This document shows, in pieces, positions 13,255-26,551 of a DNA stretch of 64,000 nt. Position 1 is the stretch's first letter, and every line of letters starts with the position of its first letter. Position numbers and translations under genes: made by a program. This DNA comes from Octopus vulgaris (taxonomy: Eukaryota), in contig OX597816.1 of NCBI GenBank assembly GCA_951406725.2, positions 181,970,001-182,034,000 on the forward strand, given 5' to 3'. The notes beneath the pieces were generated by a model, which ran no database searches, had not been told where the DNA came from, and worked only from the letters and a program-made list of their open reading frames with translations.

Positions 13255-13740
13255 TATCATCATCATCATCGTTTAACGTTCGTTTTCCATGCTGGCATGG
13301 GTTGGACGATTTGACTGAGGTCTGGCAAGCCAGATGGCTGCACCAGGCTGCAATCTTGATCTGGCAGAGTTTCTACAGCTGGATGCCCTTCCTAACGCCA
13401 ACCACTCCAAGAGTGTAGTAGGTGCTTTTACATGCCACCAGCATGAGGGCCAGTCAGGCAGTACTGGTAACGGCCACGCTCAAATGGTGTTTTTTACGTG
13501 CCACCTGCACAGGAGCCAGTCCAGCGGCACTGGAAACGACCTCGCTCGAATGTTTTTCATGTGCCTCCGGCACAAGTGCCAGTAAGGCGATGCTGGTAAC
13601 GATCACGCTCAAATGGTGCTTTTTACGTGCCACCAGCATGGAAGCCAGTTTGCTGTTCTGGCAATGATCATGCTCGGATGGTGCTCTTAGTGCTCCACTA
13701 GCACAGGTGCTAGTTATCAAATTTGATTTCGCTTTACGAT
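13255..13740 (-). mobile_element. RTE 3'-UTR-family repeat, antisense
   Basis: Reverse complement of the 7640-8063 module, with a (CAT)n tail. Confidence 0.8.
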
Positions 13741-14129
13741 TCTCCCTGAGAATTACATTAAGGGTACGCGTGTCTGTGGAGTGCTCAACCACTTTCATGT
13801 TAATTTCACAAGCATGCTGTCGCATTGATCAAATCAACTGGAACCTCATCATCATCATAACCAATGATGTTTGGGTTTTGTTTTCTATAATGATAGCTAT
13901 AATTTAATTGTATTTCTACCTTTGTTTCTTTAGATTGCAATTAGTGAACAATGGTAACAGTTACCCAACAGACAAATTACTGGTTTTTCTAATGACAAGA
14001 GTGACAAAGGAGTGTCTGAAACTTAGTGTAAAACAAGTATCTCAGGGTTTTAATTTGAAAGGAAAGAGTGTTTTAGTTTTCTCATCAGTGTCTATATCTT
14101 TTGTTGGTGATGTCGATGTACACACATGC

Positions 14130-14710
14130 CTAAACTACAGGTATATTAAATTGCTGGACATATTATGAAGGTCATGGAAAGAATTATTGTGAAATTAGTA
14201 AAGACCAGGATTAACATTGATGAGATGTAATTCAGTTCTACAGGAAAAGTCGTTAGTTGGGAGGAAGGTCCTGTACTTAGCATTCAAGACCTTGTAGAAG
14301 ACCTTTATCAGGGTCCCTCGCTCTGTGATCTTGTGGTTGCTAAGAAAGCTAGGGATAGACAAATGACTCATAAGGGCCGTACAAGTCATTTACAGGGGTA
14401 CAGTCTGAAGTGAATTTGGCATGCAGGTCGATGTTCATTTCGGCTGAATCTCCTGTCGCCTCTTCCACCAATCCATAAAGTTTGAGATTAGCCGTTTGTA
14501 GGAAATCCTCTATGTTGATGATTTAATTCTCAAAACAAAATTAGTTAGGGAAGAAATTTCAAACATGGAAACAAAACCTAGATTCAAGATGCCTAAAAGT
14601 AGACTTTGCAAAGACATAAATTTTAGAAAGTAGATGAAAAGACAGAATTCTGCTGCTATCAACGAAATGGCCATGCTTAAATATGCAGAAAAGGAGCAGA
14701 TAGAACTCCA
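14130..14710 (+). mobile_element. Degenerate RTE RT fragment
   Basis: YRYIKLLD, DL.KTF.RVPRSVILWLLRKLGI and ILYVDDL remnants. Confidence 0.6.
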
Positions 14711-16332
14711 TATCTCCTCTCTCTACTGTCCCCTCTTGGCCATTCAGTACCTTGCATCTCTCCTACCCTATTCACAGAGCCCATCTCACCTGTGCAACAA
14801 GCTAGTCCATACTTAACACTCCCTCCATCTCTCTCTCTCCTTTCTCTTTCTCATCATGATTCCTGAGTCACAAAGGATTGCCTCAGATTTCGCAGTATCC
14901 AGTACAGCCCTCTCCTTATCTTTCTATGCTACAACCCCCCTCCCACTCCCTCCTTGCTCAAATCTCCCTCATCATCATCTTCACTACTCACCACTCACAC
15001 TATCCCTTCTCAGTGAACTCATTTATTGACTTCCATCACACTCTCCCTCCCCACTCATCATTTCTGCAGTCGTCCATCACTTTCTCTGATCAGCAGACAT
15101 GTTGCTCTCGTTACTTTGACATTGTATCTAGGATTACATTAATCAATGCGTTTTTTTTTATTTTCCTTAAGATAAGGGAGTTTGATTCAAAGGAGAGTTG
15201 CGTGCTATTTTTAGCATGTCACACAACCATAGAGAAGCTACCATAGCTCATTGTTTAGCTGTTGACCCTAATGAAATAACCCACACCTAGATCCTTCTTT
15301 CTCTTTTTATATTTAAGATGGTAGGGTATGATTTGAGGGAATTTGACTGCTATTTTATGTCTGTCGTGTGACCATATGGAGTGCTATTTATAGCTGGGAT
15401 GGACAGCCTTTTTCAAGAAGGAGTCTACATGAGATGTGGCTCATCATCAGGCAGGTTGCACAACAAAAGATTTCAGAGTAATTTTTTTGTTGGGTTTGCC
15501 ATTGAGAAACTCCTGCAGGTTGCAGTTGACTCATGGCTGGTTTAATGGTTTATGGCTCCCTGTGGAAGAAAATTGATGTGGGTGGATGTGCAGGGCATGT
15601 AGTACAAGAGAAGTATATACTGACTCCTTCTTACTGTAGATTATTAAACTTGGATGAAAGGATTTTAAGTATATTGTTGTCATCATCATCATCATCATTT
15701 TATTCTGCTTCCCATGCTGGTATGGGTTGAATGGGTTGTTACTGACTGAAGCAACTGCTCTCATAGTTTGCTGCTCATCTGTCATTTTGGCTGGGTTTTT
15801 ACAACTCTGTTCTTCTTTCTATCACCAACCACTTTACCCAGTATACTTGGTGCATTTTCTCACGACGCCAGATCCAAAGAGATTACAAAACCATGACAAG
15901 ACAAGACTAAAGGACCCTCACAAATCTACTCTTTCACTACTCGTTTGTGATCCCCTATGCAATTTGTATTGGGTGTGTTTTTCAAAGTAACAGCATGACA
16001 CTAGGGTGGTTGTCATCACTTCCTCAGTGACACAGGACTAAGAGATATCTCAACCCTACTTTGCCTTTGCTCATTCTAAAATCGCTCTAGAAGGGGCAGG
16101 GCAGGGAGGATTTTCAGCATAGTGGGGGTGGAGTGCTTTATAGACAGTAAGTGTAGAGTGTACCCTAATCTAAGACATACTTTTACTTAGGTTTAAAAAA
16201 GAAAAGAAAGACAACAGTCATTAGTTGGAGTGAATAATATTTAGTGACAATTTTCTGAGACTGGTCACATGATTTAATTTAAACTATTTATTTTATTTAT
16301 TGATTTTGTTATTTATTTATTTTTGAAACCAG

Positions 16333-16414
16333 GTTATTGCTTGTCATAAATCCAATGAAAATGGCAAATATTGCAGCAACAGAGCTATTGTGACAGCCAA
16401 AACCTTACCACTAG
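16333..16414 (+). CDS. INSR: Insulin receptor exon (end of FnIII-2b)
   Basis: aaccag|...|gtaata. Translates VIACHKSNENGKYCSNRAIVTAKTLPL, like ACN...CS...ART. Confidence 0.9.
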
Positions 16415-17889
16415 GTAATATGAGAATTTATGTTATTCACTTTGTAGATATCAACAATAAAATAAGATAAAATCCAGGTTTGCCCTTCTCTCCTTTTGTC
16501 AGTGTTTTTCTAATTTGTCATTGTCATAGCATACTTTAGAGCAAATGAAAATATTTGGGTATACTTTGAGCACAAAGTAAAAATTAAATTATCAAAAAAT
16601 TATTTAGCCTATAAATATGATTTAATCTAATAAAAATTTATTACATATTTCTTTATTGAATAAATCTCTTTGTATGCTTTACAATTTTTAAACGTAATTT
16701 TATTATCAGATTCATATTTGCTGTATAAGTAAGTGCATTATGATCTTAGTAAGTTTTAACAGAATCGTCCCAGTCTATAATTTCCTAATAACTTATAATT
16801 TACACTCTACCAAGGAACAATAATAATAAAAAAATGAAGAAGACCTTGCACTTTGTAAGTGAAACAAATGAAACTGGTCAATGTCAATGAATAGTGACAT
16901 TCATGAGAGGAGAAGAAGAGAAGCATAACCAGAGAACTTCATGGGCAGTGGGTTGGCAAAATCATGAGAGCTTTGGATGTAATGTCATATGATATTTCTT
17001 CCAGTTCTCTATGTTCTGAGTTCAATTGGTCAGCTTTGCCTTTCATCCTATCCAGGCTTAAAATAGAGTACGAACCAATTTTTGGGAGTTCAGTATTAAT
17101 GACTGTTCCTCTCCCCAAAATTTTTAGACTTTATGACTTTATTTAGAAATTATTTAAGGGAAGCTGATTTGTGGAATCTTTAGAGCATTGCTTTGCAATA
17201 TTTGTTTCTGTCTAAAGCAGTGAGCTGGCAGACTCTTTACCATACTGGACCAAATGCTTAGCAGCATTTCTTCCAATGTTACATTCTGAGTTCAAATGCC
17301 GTCAAAAGTCAACTTTGCCTTCCATTCCTTTGGGGGTCAATAAAAAAAACACTGGCCCCAATGTAAATGATCACTACCCGACACACACCGAAACTGATGG
17401 CCTTGTGCTAAAATTTGAAACCAATATTTGTTCTTGCTCTTTGCATTCTTAGTTCAAATCTTATCAAGGGTTAACTTTAACTTTCATTCCTTCAGGATCA
17501 ATAAAATAAAATACCAGTCAAGTGCTGTGCTTGATATATTTGATTGTTCTCCTCCTTTGAAATTTCTAGCTGGAAAGCTATATTACAAATGATTATATAA
17601 TCATCATCATAGTATGTATTTATGTGAGTGGATTTGGTAGATGGAAACTGAAAAGAAGCCCATTGTATATATGTCTGTGTTTGTCCCCCCACCCCCCCAC
17701 ATCACTTGACAACCAATGCTGGTGTGTTTACATTCCCATAACTTAGCAGTTCGACAAAAGAGACCGATAGAATAAATACTAGGCTTACAAAGAATAAGTC
17801 CTGGGGTCGATTTACTCGACTAAAGTCGGTGCTCCAGCATGGCCACAGTCAAATGACTGAAGCAAGTAAAAGAGTATATATATATATGA

Positions 17890-18560
17890 ACGCAGATGCT
17901 ATTCAAATTCTTTTACTTTCGACATATGTTTCGAAGACAACATTGGTTTTATTCCAAAGGAATAAACGGTGTAAAATGCAATCTTCTCATCAGGAGAGAA
18001 AGAGAAACTATCTCAACAACAAGACATTATAAAAATTTTGATGACTGCATAAATGATAAACAGAACGCTATTAAATATTTTTAAAAAACCGTTAGTAGAT
18101 CTGACGTCAAAGGCAGACCCTAGAAAGACAAAGGGTAAAGGAATGATAAGTAGAGAACAAATAAAGAGGGATATATTGGTTGAAAAAATGTTCAAAGGCT
18201 TGGAAATAGATTTCTCTATTGAAGTAAAGTGCAAGTTGAACTAAATGTTCAAACTATAAAGACTGGTAAAAATCACTTATATGAGCTAAAGGTATGTTTC
18301 TGCCAGTGCTTACATTTGTAAGATAGGTCTATAAGTGTGTTAACAAGGTGATTCTTAGAGAAGAGAATATGGAAGAGTTCAGAGTTGCAAATGTTACAAA
18401 ATCCTTTGCCCTTATCATAAGGGAAAGATATGGACCGGATGAACCAATCTAACTTAAAATCCTTATTGTTGTCTTTAAGATACCAAACCAATTTACTTAG
18501 TCCAGTGCTATGACGTTTAATGCTATCCCTAAATGAAGAATAATGATTGGAAATTCCCTT
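17890..18560 (-). mobile_element. Penelope-like element 3' end (GIY-YIG endonuclease C-terminus plus pLTR)
   Basis: ORF 18273-18641(-) contains NHYSSF...TGLSKLVWYLK...W.I...FCNICNSE...VN...CKH, typical of the PLE endonuclease end. Confidence 0.8.
17916..17998 (-). ncRNA. Type I hammerhead ribozyme motif in a Penelope pLTR
   Basis: Minus strand: CUCUC-CUGAUGA-GAAGA...UCUUC-GAA-ACAUAUGU-C-GAAAG. Palindromic stem III, GUC triplet, downstream of a GIY-YIG fragment. Confidence 0.75.
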
Positions 18561-18980
18561 AGGTAACTGGGAAGAGGATGCACATAGCTTTGTTATTAAG
18601 AAGTTCACATTGCAACTACATGGTTTTGGATCCAGTCCCACTACATGTTACTTTGGGTGTGTTCTGTACCCCTGGATCAACCAATGCCTTGTGAGCGTAT
18701 TTGATAGATGGAAACCGAAAAGAGCCAGACGTGTTGTGTTTTGTATTTGTGTTTGCCCTCCTATTGCTTGACAACCAATGTTGGTTTGTTTGTATCCTCA
18801 TAACGTAATGGTTTGGTAAAAGAGCCCAATAGAAAAAGTTAAGTACTAGAGTCAATTTGTGCAACTAAACCCTTCAAGGCAGAGCCTCGGCATGGCTGCA
18901 GTCCAATGACTGAAACAAGTAAAAGATAAAATACAGCATAAATCAAAATACCTTATTTTATTATTTTTTGTAGCCCACCA

Positions 18981-19156
18981 TTAACCCTTTAGTATTTAGA
19001 TTACTCTGTCAAGTGTAATTCCTATTTATTCACACTTTTTTAATTTAATCATGCCTTAGAGCTTTGAGATTTTGATGAGATTGTATATTTTTAGAATGAC
19101 ATTACAGGGTAGGTGTGAGAGGTCAGATACGGCCAGTTTAAATACTAAAGGTTTAA
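18981..19156. mobile_element. TTAA/CCC-terminated MITE (piggyBac-like)
   Basis: TTAA-CCCTTTAGTATTTA...TAAATACTAAAGGT-TTAA. Related copies near 24122, 25016, 26280, 28055, 34598 and 50895. Confidence 0.75.
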
Positions 19157-19411
19157 GGAATCACAGGCTTACATGCTAGTGCTTGATTTTTTTTTTTTTT
19201 TTTCATTTATTTTCTCACATCTATAAATATCTCTTTTGGCAAAATATGTACCCTTTTACCAAAAGTTAGTGAAATATTTAAAATGTTTACAGTTGGATAG
19301 ATAGACAAATATAACAAAATAATTTGATAAAAAATGTGAATTTTTAATTATTTTCTGAGATTTTACAAAAACAACAAAAAATATTTATCACATTTTCTGT
19401 TGATTCTTCAG

Positions 19412-19560
19412 AAATCGCTGACCACATCAATAGTTCTTCAGTGAATGCCAGTCTAATTGTCAACGGCACAGGTGACATGCTTATTAGTTGGGATCCACCT
19501 GCTTATGTAAATGGTTTAATTGTCACCTATGAAGTAGCGTACAAGAAAGCAGCAAAAAAA
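19412..19560 (+). CDS. INSR: Insulin receptor exon (FnIII-3, first part)
   Basis: cttcag|...|gtgagt. Translates EIADHINSSSVNASL...LISWDPPAYVNGLIVTYEVAYKK. Confidence 0.92.
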
Positions 19561-19818
19561 GTGAGTTGCAATTTTTGTGTTCCTTTTCTTTTCGACAGAA
19601 TGATTTGGGTTGTGTGTCAGTTTTTAGTTAGACAAGGTGTGGCTGTGTGGTAAGAAGCTTTGTTTCCCAACCACATGGTTCCGGGTTCAGTCTCACTGCG
19701 TGACACCTCAGGCTGACCAAAGCCTTATGAATAGATTTGCTAGAAAGAAACTGAAAGAAGCCCATTGTATATATATGTGTGTCTGTATGTATGTGTATGT
19801 ATATATATATAATATATA

Positions 19819-19985
19819 TAGGCATAGGAGTGGCTGTGTGATAAGTAGCTTGCTTACGAACCACATAGTTCCGGGTTCAGTCCCACTGCATGGCACCTTG
19901 GGCAAGTATCTCCTACTATAGCCTCGGGCTGACCAAAACCTTGTGAGTGGATTTGGTAGACGGAAACTGAAAGATGCCTGTCGTA

Positions 19986-20026
<41 letters not shown>

Positions 20027-20228
20027 CTGTGTTTGTACCCCCAACATCACTTGACAACCGATGCTGGTGTGTTTACATCCCCGTAACTTAGCGGTTCGGC
20101 AAAAGAGACCAATAGAATAAGTACTAGGTTTACAAAGAATAAGTTCTGGGGTCGATTTGCTCGACTAAAGGCGGTGCTCCAGCATGGCCACAGTCAAATG
20201 ACTGAAACAAGTAAAAGAGTAAAGAGAG
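19819..20228 (+). mobile_element. tRNA-derived SINE, major family with internal (TA)n
   Basis: GGAGTGGCTGTGTG...GGTTCAGTCCC head and GACTGAAACAAGTAAAAGAG tail. Many copies in the window. Confidence 0.85.
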
Positions 20229-21676
20229 TATATATATATATATATCATCATCATCCAGCTTTAGAAACCTTTTCTCATCACATGTTCCTACAAACAACAC
20301 ATCATTTAGTGCCTGCTCTCCATGCTGGCATGGGTTGGACAGTTTGACCGGGGTCTGGTAAGGCTGGAGAGCTGCACCAAGTTCCAGTCTGGTTTGGCAT
20401 GGTTTCTACAGCTGGATGCCCTCCCTAAGACCAACCACTCCAAGAGCATGCTGGGTGCTTTTCACATGCTGTTGGCACAGGGGCCAGTCACATATGGATG
20501 TATATATCTGTGTATGTGTGTGTGTCTTTGTGTTGTCTGTGTTTGTCCCCCACCACCGCTTGACAGCTGGTGTGTTTACATCACTGTAACTTAGCAGTTC
20601 AGCCTAAGAACTGATAGAATAAGTACCAGGCTTAAAATATGTACTGGGGTCATTTCATTTGACTAAAAATTCTCAAAGTTGGTACCCCAGCTTGTAGGCC
20701 CAGCATGGCCACAGCCTAACAACTGAAACAAGTAAAAGATAAATAAAATAATCAAGCAGTCTGGTAGTGAAGTCTGTCTTGGCAATGTCCTTCTAACTTG
20801 CCTGATTTGAAGCAACGCCTGCCCAGGTTGCCTAATTTAGGAATCACTTTTTTCTTTCTTCCTGTTTAAGAAAGAAACTACATATGAAAAAGGTTGTTGT
20901 GGTGATGGTGGTAGTGGTTTAAAAACAAAACAAATAAAAAGGGTGTATTTAGTGTCAAAATAAAGGACTGACTGAGTGAAGTTTGTTTTGAAACAACAAG
21001 TTTCAGGCATCATGTGTTGTTTGTAGGAACATGTGATGAGAAAAGGATTGGTCTGAAGTTCATACTAGATTCAAGATGATTCAATGTTCTATAAATTAAT
21101 GTAGTACAGAAGAGAAGAGCCTAATTTTGATTAAGACCAGCAGACAATGTAAATATGTCCAATGAAAAGAACAAAGTTACTTCAATTCAAAGATGTCCTT
21201 TTCAACATTTTTGTGAGAAATAAAAGTTGATAAAATATAAACGGATATAGAAAATTGTTTGATGTTGATTATTATTATTACTGTTCTTGTAGTCATTATT
21301 ATTATTATTATCATCATTAGTAATAATAATAATGGCAGAAATGTTAGGGCGTTCAACAAAAATACCTTGTGGTATTTATTGCTGCTCTTTCTGTTCTGGT
21401 TTCGAATTCCACTGAGGTCAGTTTGCCTTTCATCTTTCTCAGGTCAATTAAACGAAGTGCCAGTCATGGACTGCACTTGATCTAATCAACTAACTCCTCC
21501 CAAAAATTACTGGCCTTTATGCTAAATTAGAAATTATTGTTATTGTTCTTTAAATATCTAAGATAGTTGATGAGCCATTATTCTTCAACTCCATGACACA
21601 TGTATTTCATCCTGTAAACAAAATACTTTTATTTTGAATTTTCACAATGAAATTGCCATTTTCGAATCATATGTGA

Positions 21677-21708
<32 letters not shown>

Positions 21709-21724
21709 TGATGACGATGACGCC

Positions 21725-22290
21725 GACGATGCAGTACCAGGCAGTGGCTCTCGTGGCTTCTGATCTTAACTGATTGGAAGTGTTATCATGTACATTGTTT
21801 TGTCTTGGTATAAAAGATGGGCTACAGCAAATATTCTGCTCAATACCACAGATTTGCTTGTCAGTTGTTTGACCGTAACCAGTTGAGCATGTCCCTTAGT
21901 GGCTGACGATATGTGCATCTCTGATCACGAGCAGAAGTAGTGGGGGAGCATCATAACCGTGTGTTGAGAGGGATTCTTTGGGGTTTGAATGATTCACCTC
22001 TGGAAACATGGGAGTTTTGTTCAACATCCTTAAACAACCCTTATTCAGGGACCTTTTGAGTGGGATGGGTTACTTGACCTGAAGAAAATTGTGACTGGGC
22101 CCCACCTGCAAGGTCATGTGCTGTTTATCTTGATATGAGATCACCATGTCATGCACATATGGTTGTGATGCATGTGCCTGGTGTACCCTTATCAAACGGA
22201 TAGTCATGATGGGTATACTGGGCTTCGTATATTTTACCCTAGTGTCACTTTGATGGCATGCACTGCTCACTCACTCAATAATAATAATAA
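21725..22290. repeat. Probable dispersed repeat flanked by (AAT)n tracts
   Basis: GC-richer ~550-bp block bounded by AAT microsatellites on both sides. Class not determined. Confidence 0.45.
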
Positions 22291-23189
22291 TAATAAAAGA
22301 CTTTTGCTGCTCCTGTTGATCATTCTCACCCTCTCTTCTAAATGTGAGTAACCATGCAGCTTCTCTACAAGAACCTACTCTGCCCCCACATTTAAACCTT
22401 CCCCTCCCATCTCCTAGCATATAGCCGACTCCCCTGTCTTGCAGTTTGTAGTCTTGTGAGCTGCATGGCAATCTCACTAATGCTGGTGGCATGGAAAAAG
22501 CACCCAGTGCAAACCATGAGTGGCTGATGTTAATAATGGCACCCGGTCATAGAAACCATGCCAAAACAGATACTGGAGCACAATGTAGATCCTGTCAACC
22601 TGTCCAGCCAATGCCAGCATGGAACATGAACGCCATATGATGATGATATTGTTCATATTACCTAAGAAAATCAAAGAAACCCTATAAAAATAACATTTGC
22701 TAGTAACCCAGTCAATAAGCTTCAGTGCTGACATAAAACTCAGTATGGCTGTTTGTACTGAAAATAAAAGATACATCACCTTAAAATGTAACAGTCATTG
22801 TTTGTAAATGCAGGCATGGCTGTGTGGTTAAGAAGTTCACTTTGCAAGCACATGGTTCCGAGTTCAATCTCACTGCATGGCATTTTTTTTTAGGTGTCTT
22901 CTACTGTAGCCCTGGTCCAACCAATGCCATATCTGTAGATTTGATAGATGGAAGCCAATTGTGTGTGTGTGTGTGTTTCCCCACCACCACTTGACAACCA
23001 ATATTGGTTTGTTTACATTTCTATAAGTTAGCTGTCCGACAAAAGAGACCAATAAGTACCAGATGTTTTAAAACTTTTCTGCTGGGGTTGATTTTTCACC
23101 TAAAACCCTTCAAGACGGTACCTCAGCATGTTCACAGTTCAATGACTGAAACAAGTGAAAAATATAAGATACATCAGTAGTCTAGAACT

Positions 23190-23620
23190 ATCATCATCAT
23201 CATCATTTAACATCTGCTTTCCATGCTGGCATGGTTGGATGGTTTGACTGAGGACTGACGAGCCAGGAGGCTGCACCAGGCTCCAATCTGATCTGGCATG
23301 GTTTCTAAAGCTGGGTAGCTTTCCTAATGCCAGCCACTCCAAGAGTTTAGTGGATGCTTGAATGGTGCTTTTTATGTGCCACTGGCACAGGTGCCAGTCA
23401 GGCAGCCACCAGTACAGGAGCCAGTCAGGTAACACTGGCATTGACCACACTTGTATAGAGCTTATTAAGTGCCACCAGCATGGGAGCCAGTCCAGCAGCA
23501 CTGTCCTCAATCAAGCCCAAATGGTGTTTTTTACATGCCACTGCCATGGGTGCTAGTCAAACAGTAATGGCATCGACCAGGACAACGATTTCACTTGACT
23601 CAACAGGTCTTCTCAAGCAC
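23190..23620 (-). mobile_element. RTE 3'-UTR-family repeat, antisense
   Basis: (CAT)n-TTTAAC...CCATGCTGGCATGG and GGTGCTTTTT repeats. Confidence 0.75.
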
Positions 23621-26551
23621 AGCATATTGCCTGACAATTGAAGGGTACTGTTAAATGGGCTGGTTATGCAACACTGGCATGGGTCACAGCTATGATCTTG
23701 GCTTGCCAGGGCCAGACTTTTCAGCTTCCAAACTTATTTTGGCTCAGGACTGAAACAAAAATTGTTTTTTTTTAGAGAGAGAATTTATTCACATAAAAAA
23801 AATAATAAAGCATGACTACTTATTATTTTGAAAATGATAAGCAGCATATGTTTATATAAATAGATTTTTATAAAAAGACACCTTATCTCACAGAACCATG
23901 GAAATTCTTTTCATAGAACCTACTTTGAAAAATCCATGTATAGTGGATCAATAGATCCACTACACATGGATCTTAATCGAGAAATAGATTCCTTATACAA
24001 ATATAGTCCAGTGTTATTATGAGCACATCCAGTAATAAGATAGCTGATGGCAAGTGGTAATTAAAACATAGTACAGGTTGTAATTATAAACTGTGTTTCA
24101 TCTCTAAAGATCTGGTTAATATTAACCCTTTAGCATTCAGTCTACTTTGTTAAATATAGGACTTATTAATTCACATTGATTTGCATTGATCACATACTAT
24201 ATTGTAGCTTTGAGATTTTAATGATGTGAGTGTATCATCATCATCATCTTATGTCCATTGTCCATGCTGGCATGGGTTGGACGGTTTGACTAGGGCTGGC
24301 ACGCTGGAAGGCTGCACCAGACTCCAGTCTAATTTGGCATTGTTTCTATGGCTGGATGCCCTTCCTAACGCCAACCACTCCGAGAGTGTACTAAATATAT
24401 AAATAATTATGCCTGAAACAAGTAAAAGGAGATAAAGATGTGTCGGCTTGGGAAATCCAAATTAGCTGTTGCTCTTTAGCCCAAGGTCAATCCTGATCCA
24501 GCAGATCTATAATCAAAGGAATTTATGACCATCTCATCTTTTTCCCCAAGCCTAGGGCTACATTATTCAATGTGTCCTTCCCTTTTTTAAGGCAGTAAAG
24601 TGTAATAAGAGTGACATTTGTTTGCATTTCTAACATGTCATGTGACTATGCAGGAGCTTCATGTAATGGTTCATGTAACATGGAGTACTTTACCCAATGT
24701 TTCCTTTCTATTTTTAAGATGGTAGGATGTGATATGAGGGAGATTTGTCTGCAATTTCTAGCAGGTTGAGTGACCAGGTCTGAGCTTCCTTGTTAGCTAA
24801 ATTGGTAACAGAGATTATCTCTGTTACCAAAAATATTTGAAGTCACATGGTACTTTTCTAGTAATATGTCAAAGAGAAATATATTAGATATCCTATCCAC
24901 AATACTCAATGTGTGTAAATATCTATTTATTTAACAAATATTGTAAAGGCAAGTAAAAACCTTTTTTTTTTTAGGGTAAAATTTTAAAAAATTGTTTTAT
25001 TTACTATGGATCAGGTCAACCTTTTAATATTTAAAACAGCCATATCGAGCACAAATATTCTGCTTTATGTTCAAACTGATCCGATCCAGCCTCTCACACC
25101 TACCCTATAATGTTATTGTAAAAATAAATAATCACATCATTGAAATCCCGAAGCTATGACATAATGCATCGTTAATTCCAAACAATGTGAATATGGTAAT
25201 TGCAAAGATTTTTCTATTTATCTCATGACACACATTATAACCATCAACTTCAGACAACCTTTCCACTGATGAGTCTTGGAGCCTGTTTCTATCACTTGCC
25301 ATGTAAACTGTGTTTCTGACCACAGTACATAGTTATCTGACACTATGTCCCACTAATCAGGTCTGTTAATTTGTTTTGGCTATATTAACGAGACTCGTTA
25401 AGATTATTCATCAGTCACTTTGTGCAAGCAGGATTGATATCTCGACTCATGGCTGATATTTGTAGAGAAATATCTAAATACATAGTTATCAACCATACCA
25501 TGGTGAGTTGTTTGCAATAAAAAAAAAAACCTTATTAACCAAATTAGGAATTAGTTGCTAAGATTTTAGGATTTTGATTTATTGTTAAGATTTTCTAAAT
25601 TTTGGCAGTCAAGTCATAGCTTTTTTTGATGTCATAAGAATTTTATAAACTTCGAGAGAACATGAAATAAGTTTTTGGGGGAACAATGAGTTTTGAAACA
25701 CATAAAGCTACAAATGATAGTGTGTAAATATTGGATTTAAAAAACCAGGCAGCCTTTGACTTTTACAATCCAAAGGATTCCTCAACCCAGTATTTATATG
25801 CTGTTATTTGTAGTTTTATAGTTTTTTTCTTTTTTTTTTATATTTAACTATTTGAAAATATATTTGTTAATTCATACTGCTGTCTTACTTCTAAGAACAT
25901 AAATATATAAAACAAATAAATCAACTCAATATTTTTTTTAAGTTTTCTATTCCTTGAAAATAACATGATGAAGTCAGAGATATAAATAGGGAAACTAGAT
26001 CCAGTCTAAATAAAGCCTAAACTGTTATTTAGATCACAGTCTTGGAGAAAAGGAAATTCTTTTGCTCTATTTGGCTGATTTCTTACTTAGACTGTTGGTC
26101 AATTTTTTTTAGGATAGCAGAAGAATGAATTGCCTCAACAGTCAACCTGGTGTGCTACTGGCTCCTCACTTTATTAGAATTGGAAAAGAATTTGAAATCA
26201 GAACCTACAGTGAGAAATACAAATGCTGCAGTGCTATGTCTCTCTTCAATACTGAATAGGTCTTCAAAGACGATTTTTTAAAATTCAATTCAATTCTTCA
26301 GTGTATATTTTTAGGATAATGTTATAGGATAGGTATGAGAGACCAGGTTAAGCATAAAACACATAATATTTTAGCCAGTTTAAATGCTAAAGAGTTAAAT
26401 AATAATATTTTATTTGTTTTGTTTTTGTTGTGAATTTTTGTTTTCCCTATCCGTATTTATATGAAATCTGCTACAAACTTATAAATTTTTGGTTTATTTT
26501 ATCTATTTATTTTCTTTTTTTTTTCTCTCTCTCTCTCCTCATATTTTGTAG

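Noticed and set aside
25260-25300. CTGATGAGTC on the plus strand
   Set aside because: No matching GAC-GAAA or stems nearby.
25370-25418. Possible hammerhead on the minus strand (CUGAUGA plus TTAACGAG/CTCGTTAA hairpin)
   Set aside because: GAAA is replaced by AAAA and no stem I pairing was found. At best a decayed relic.
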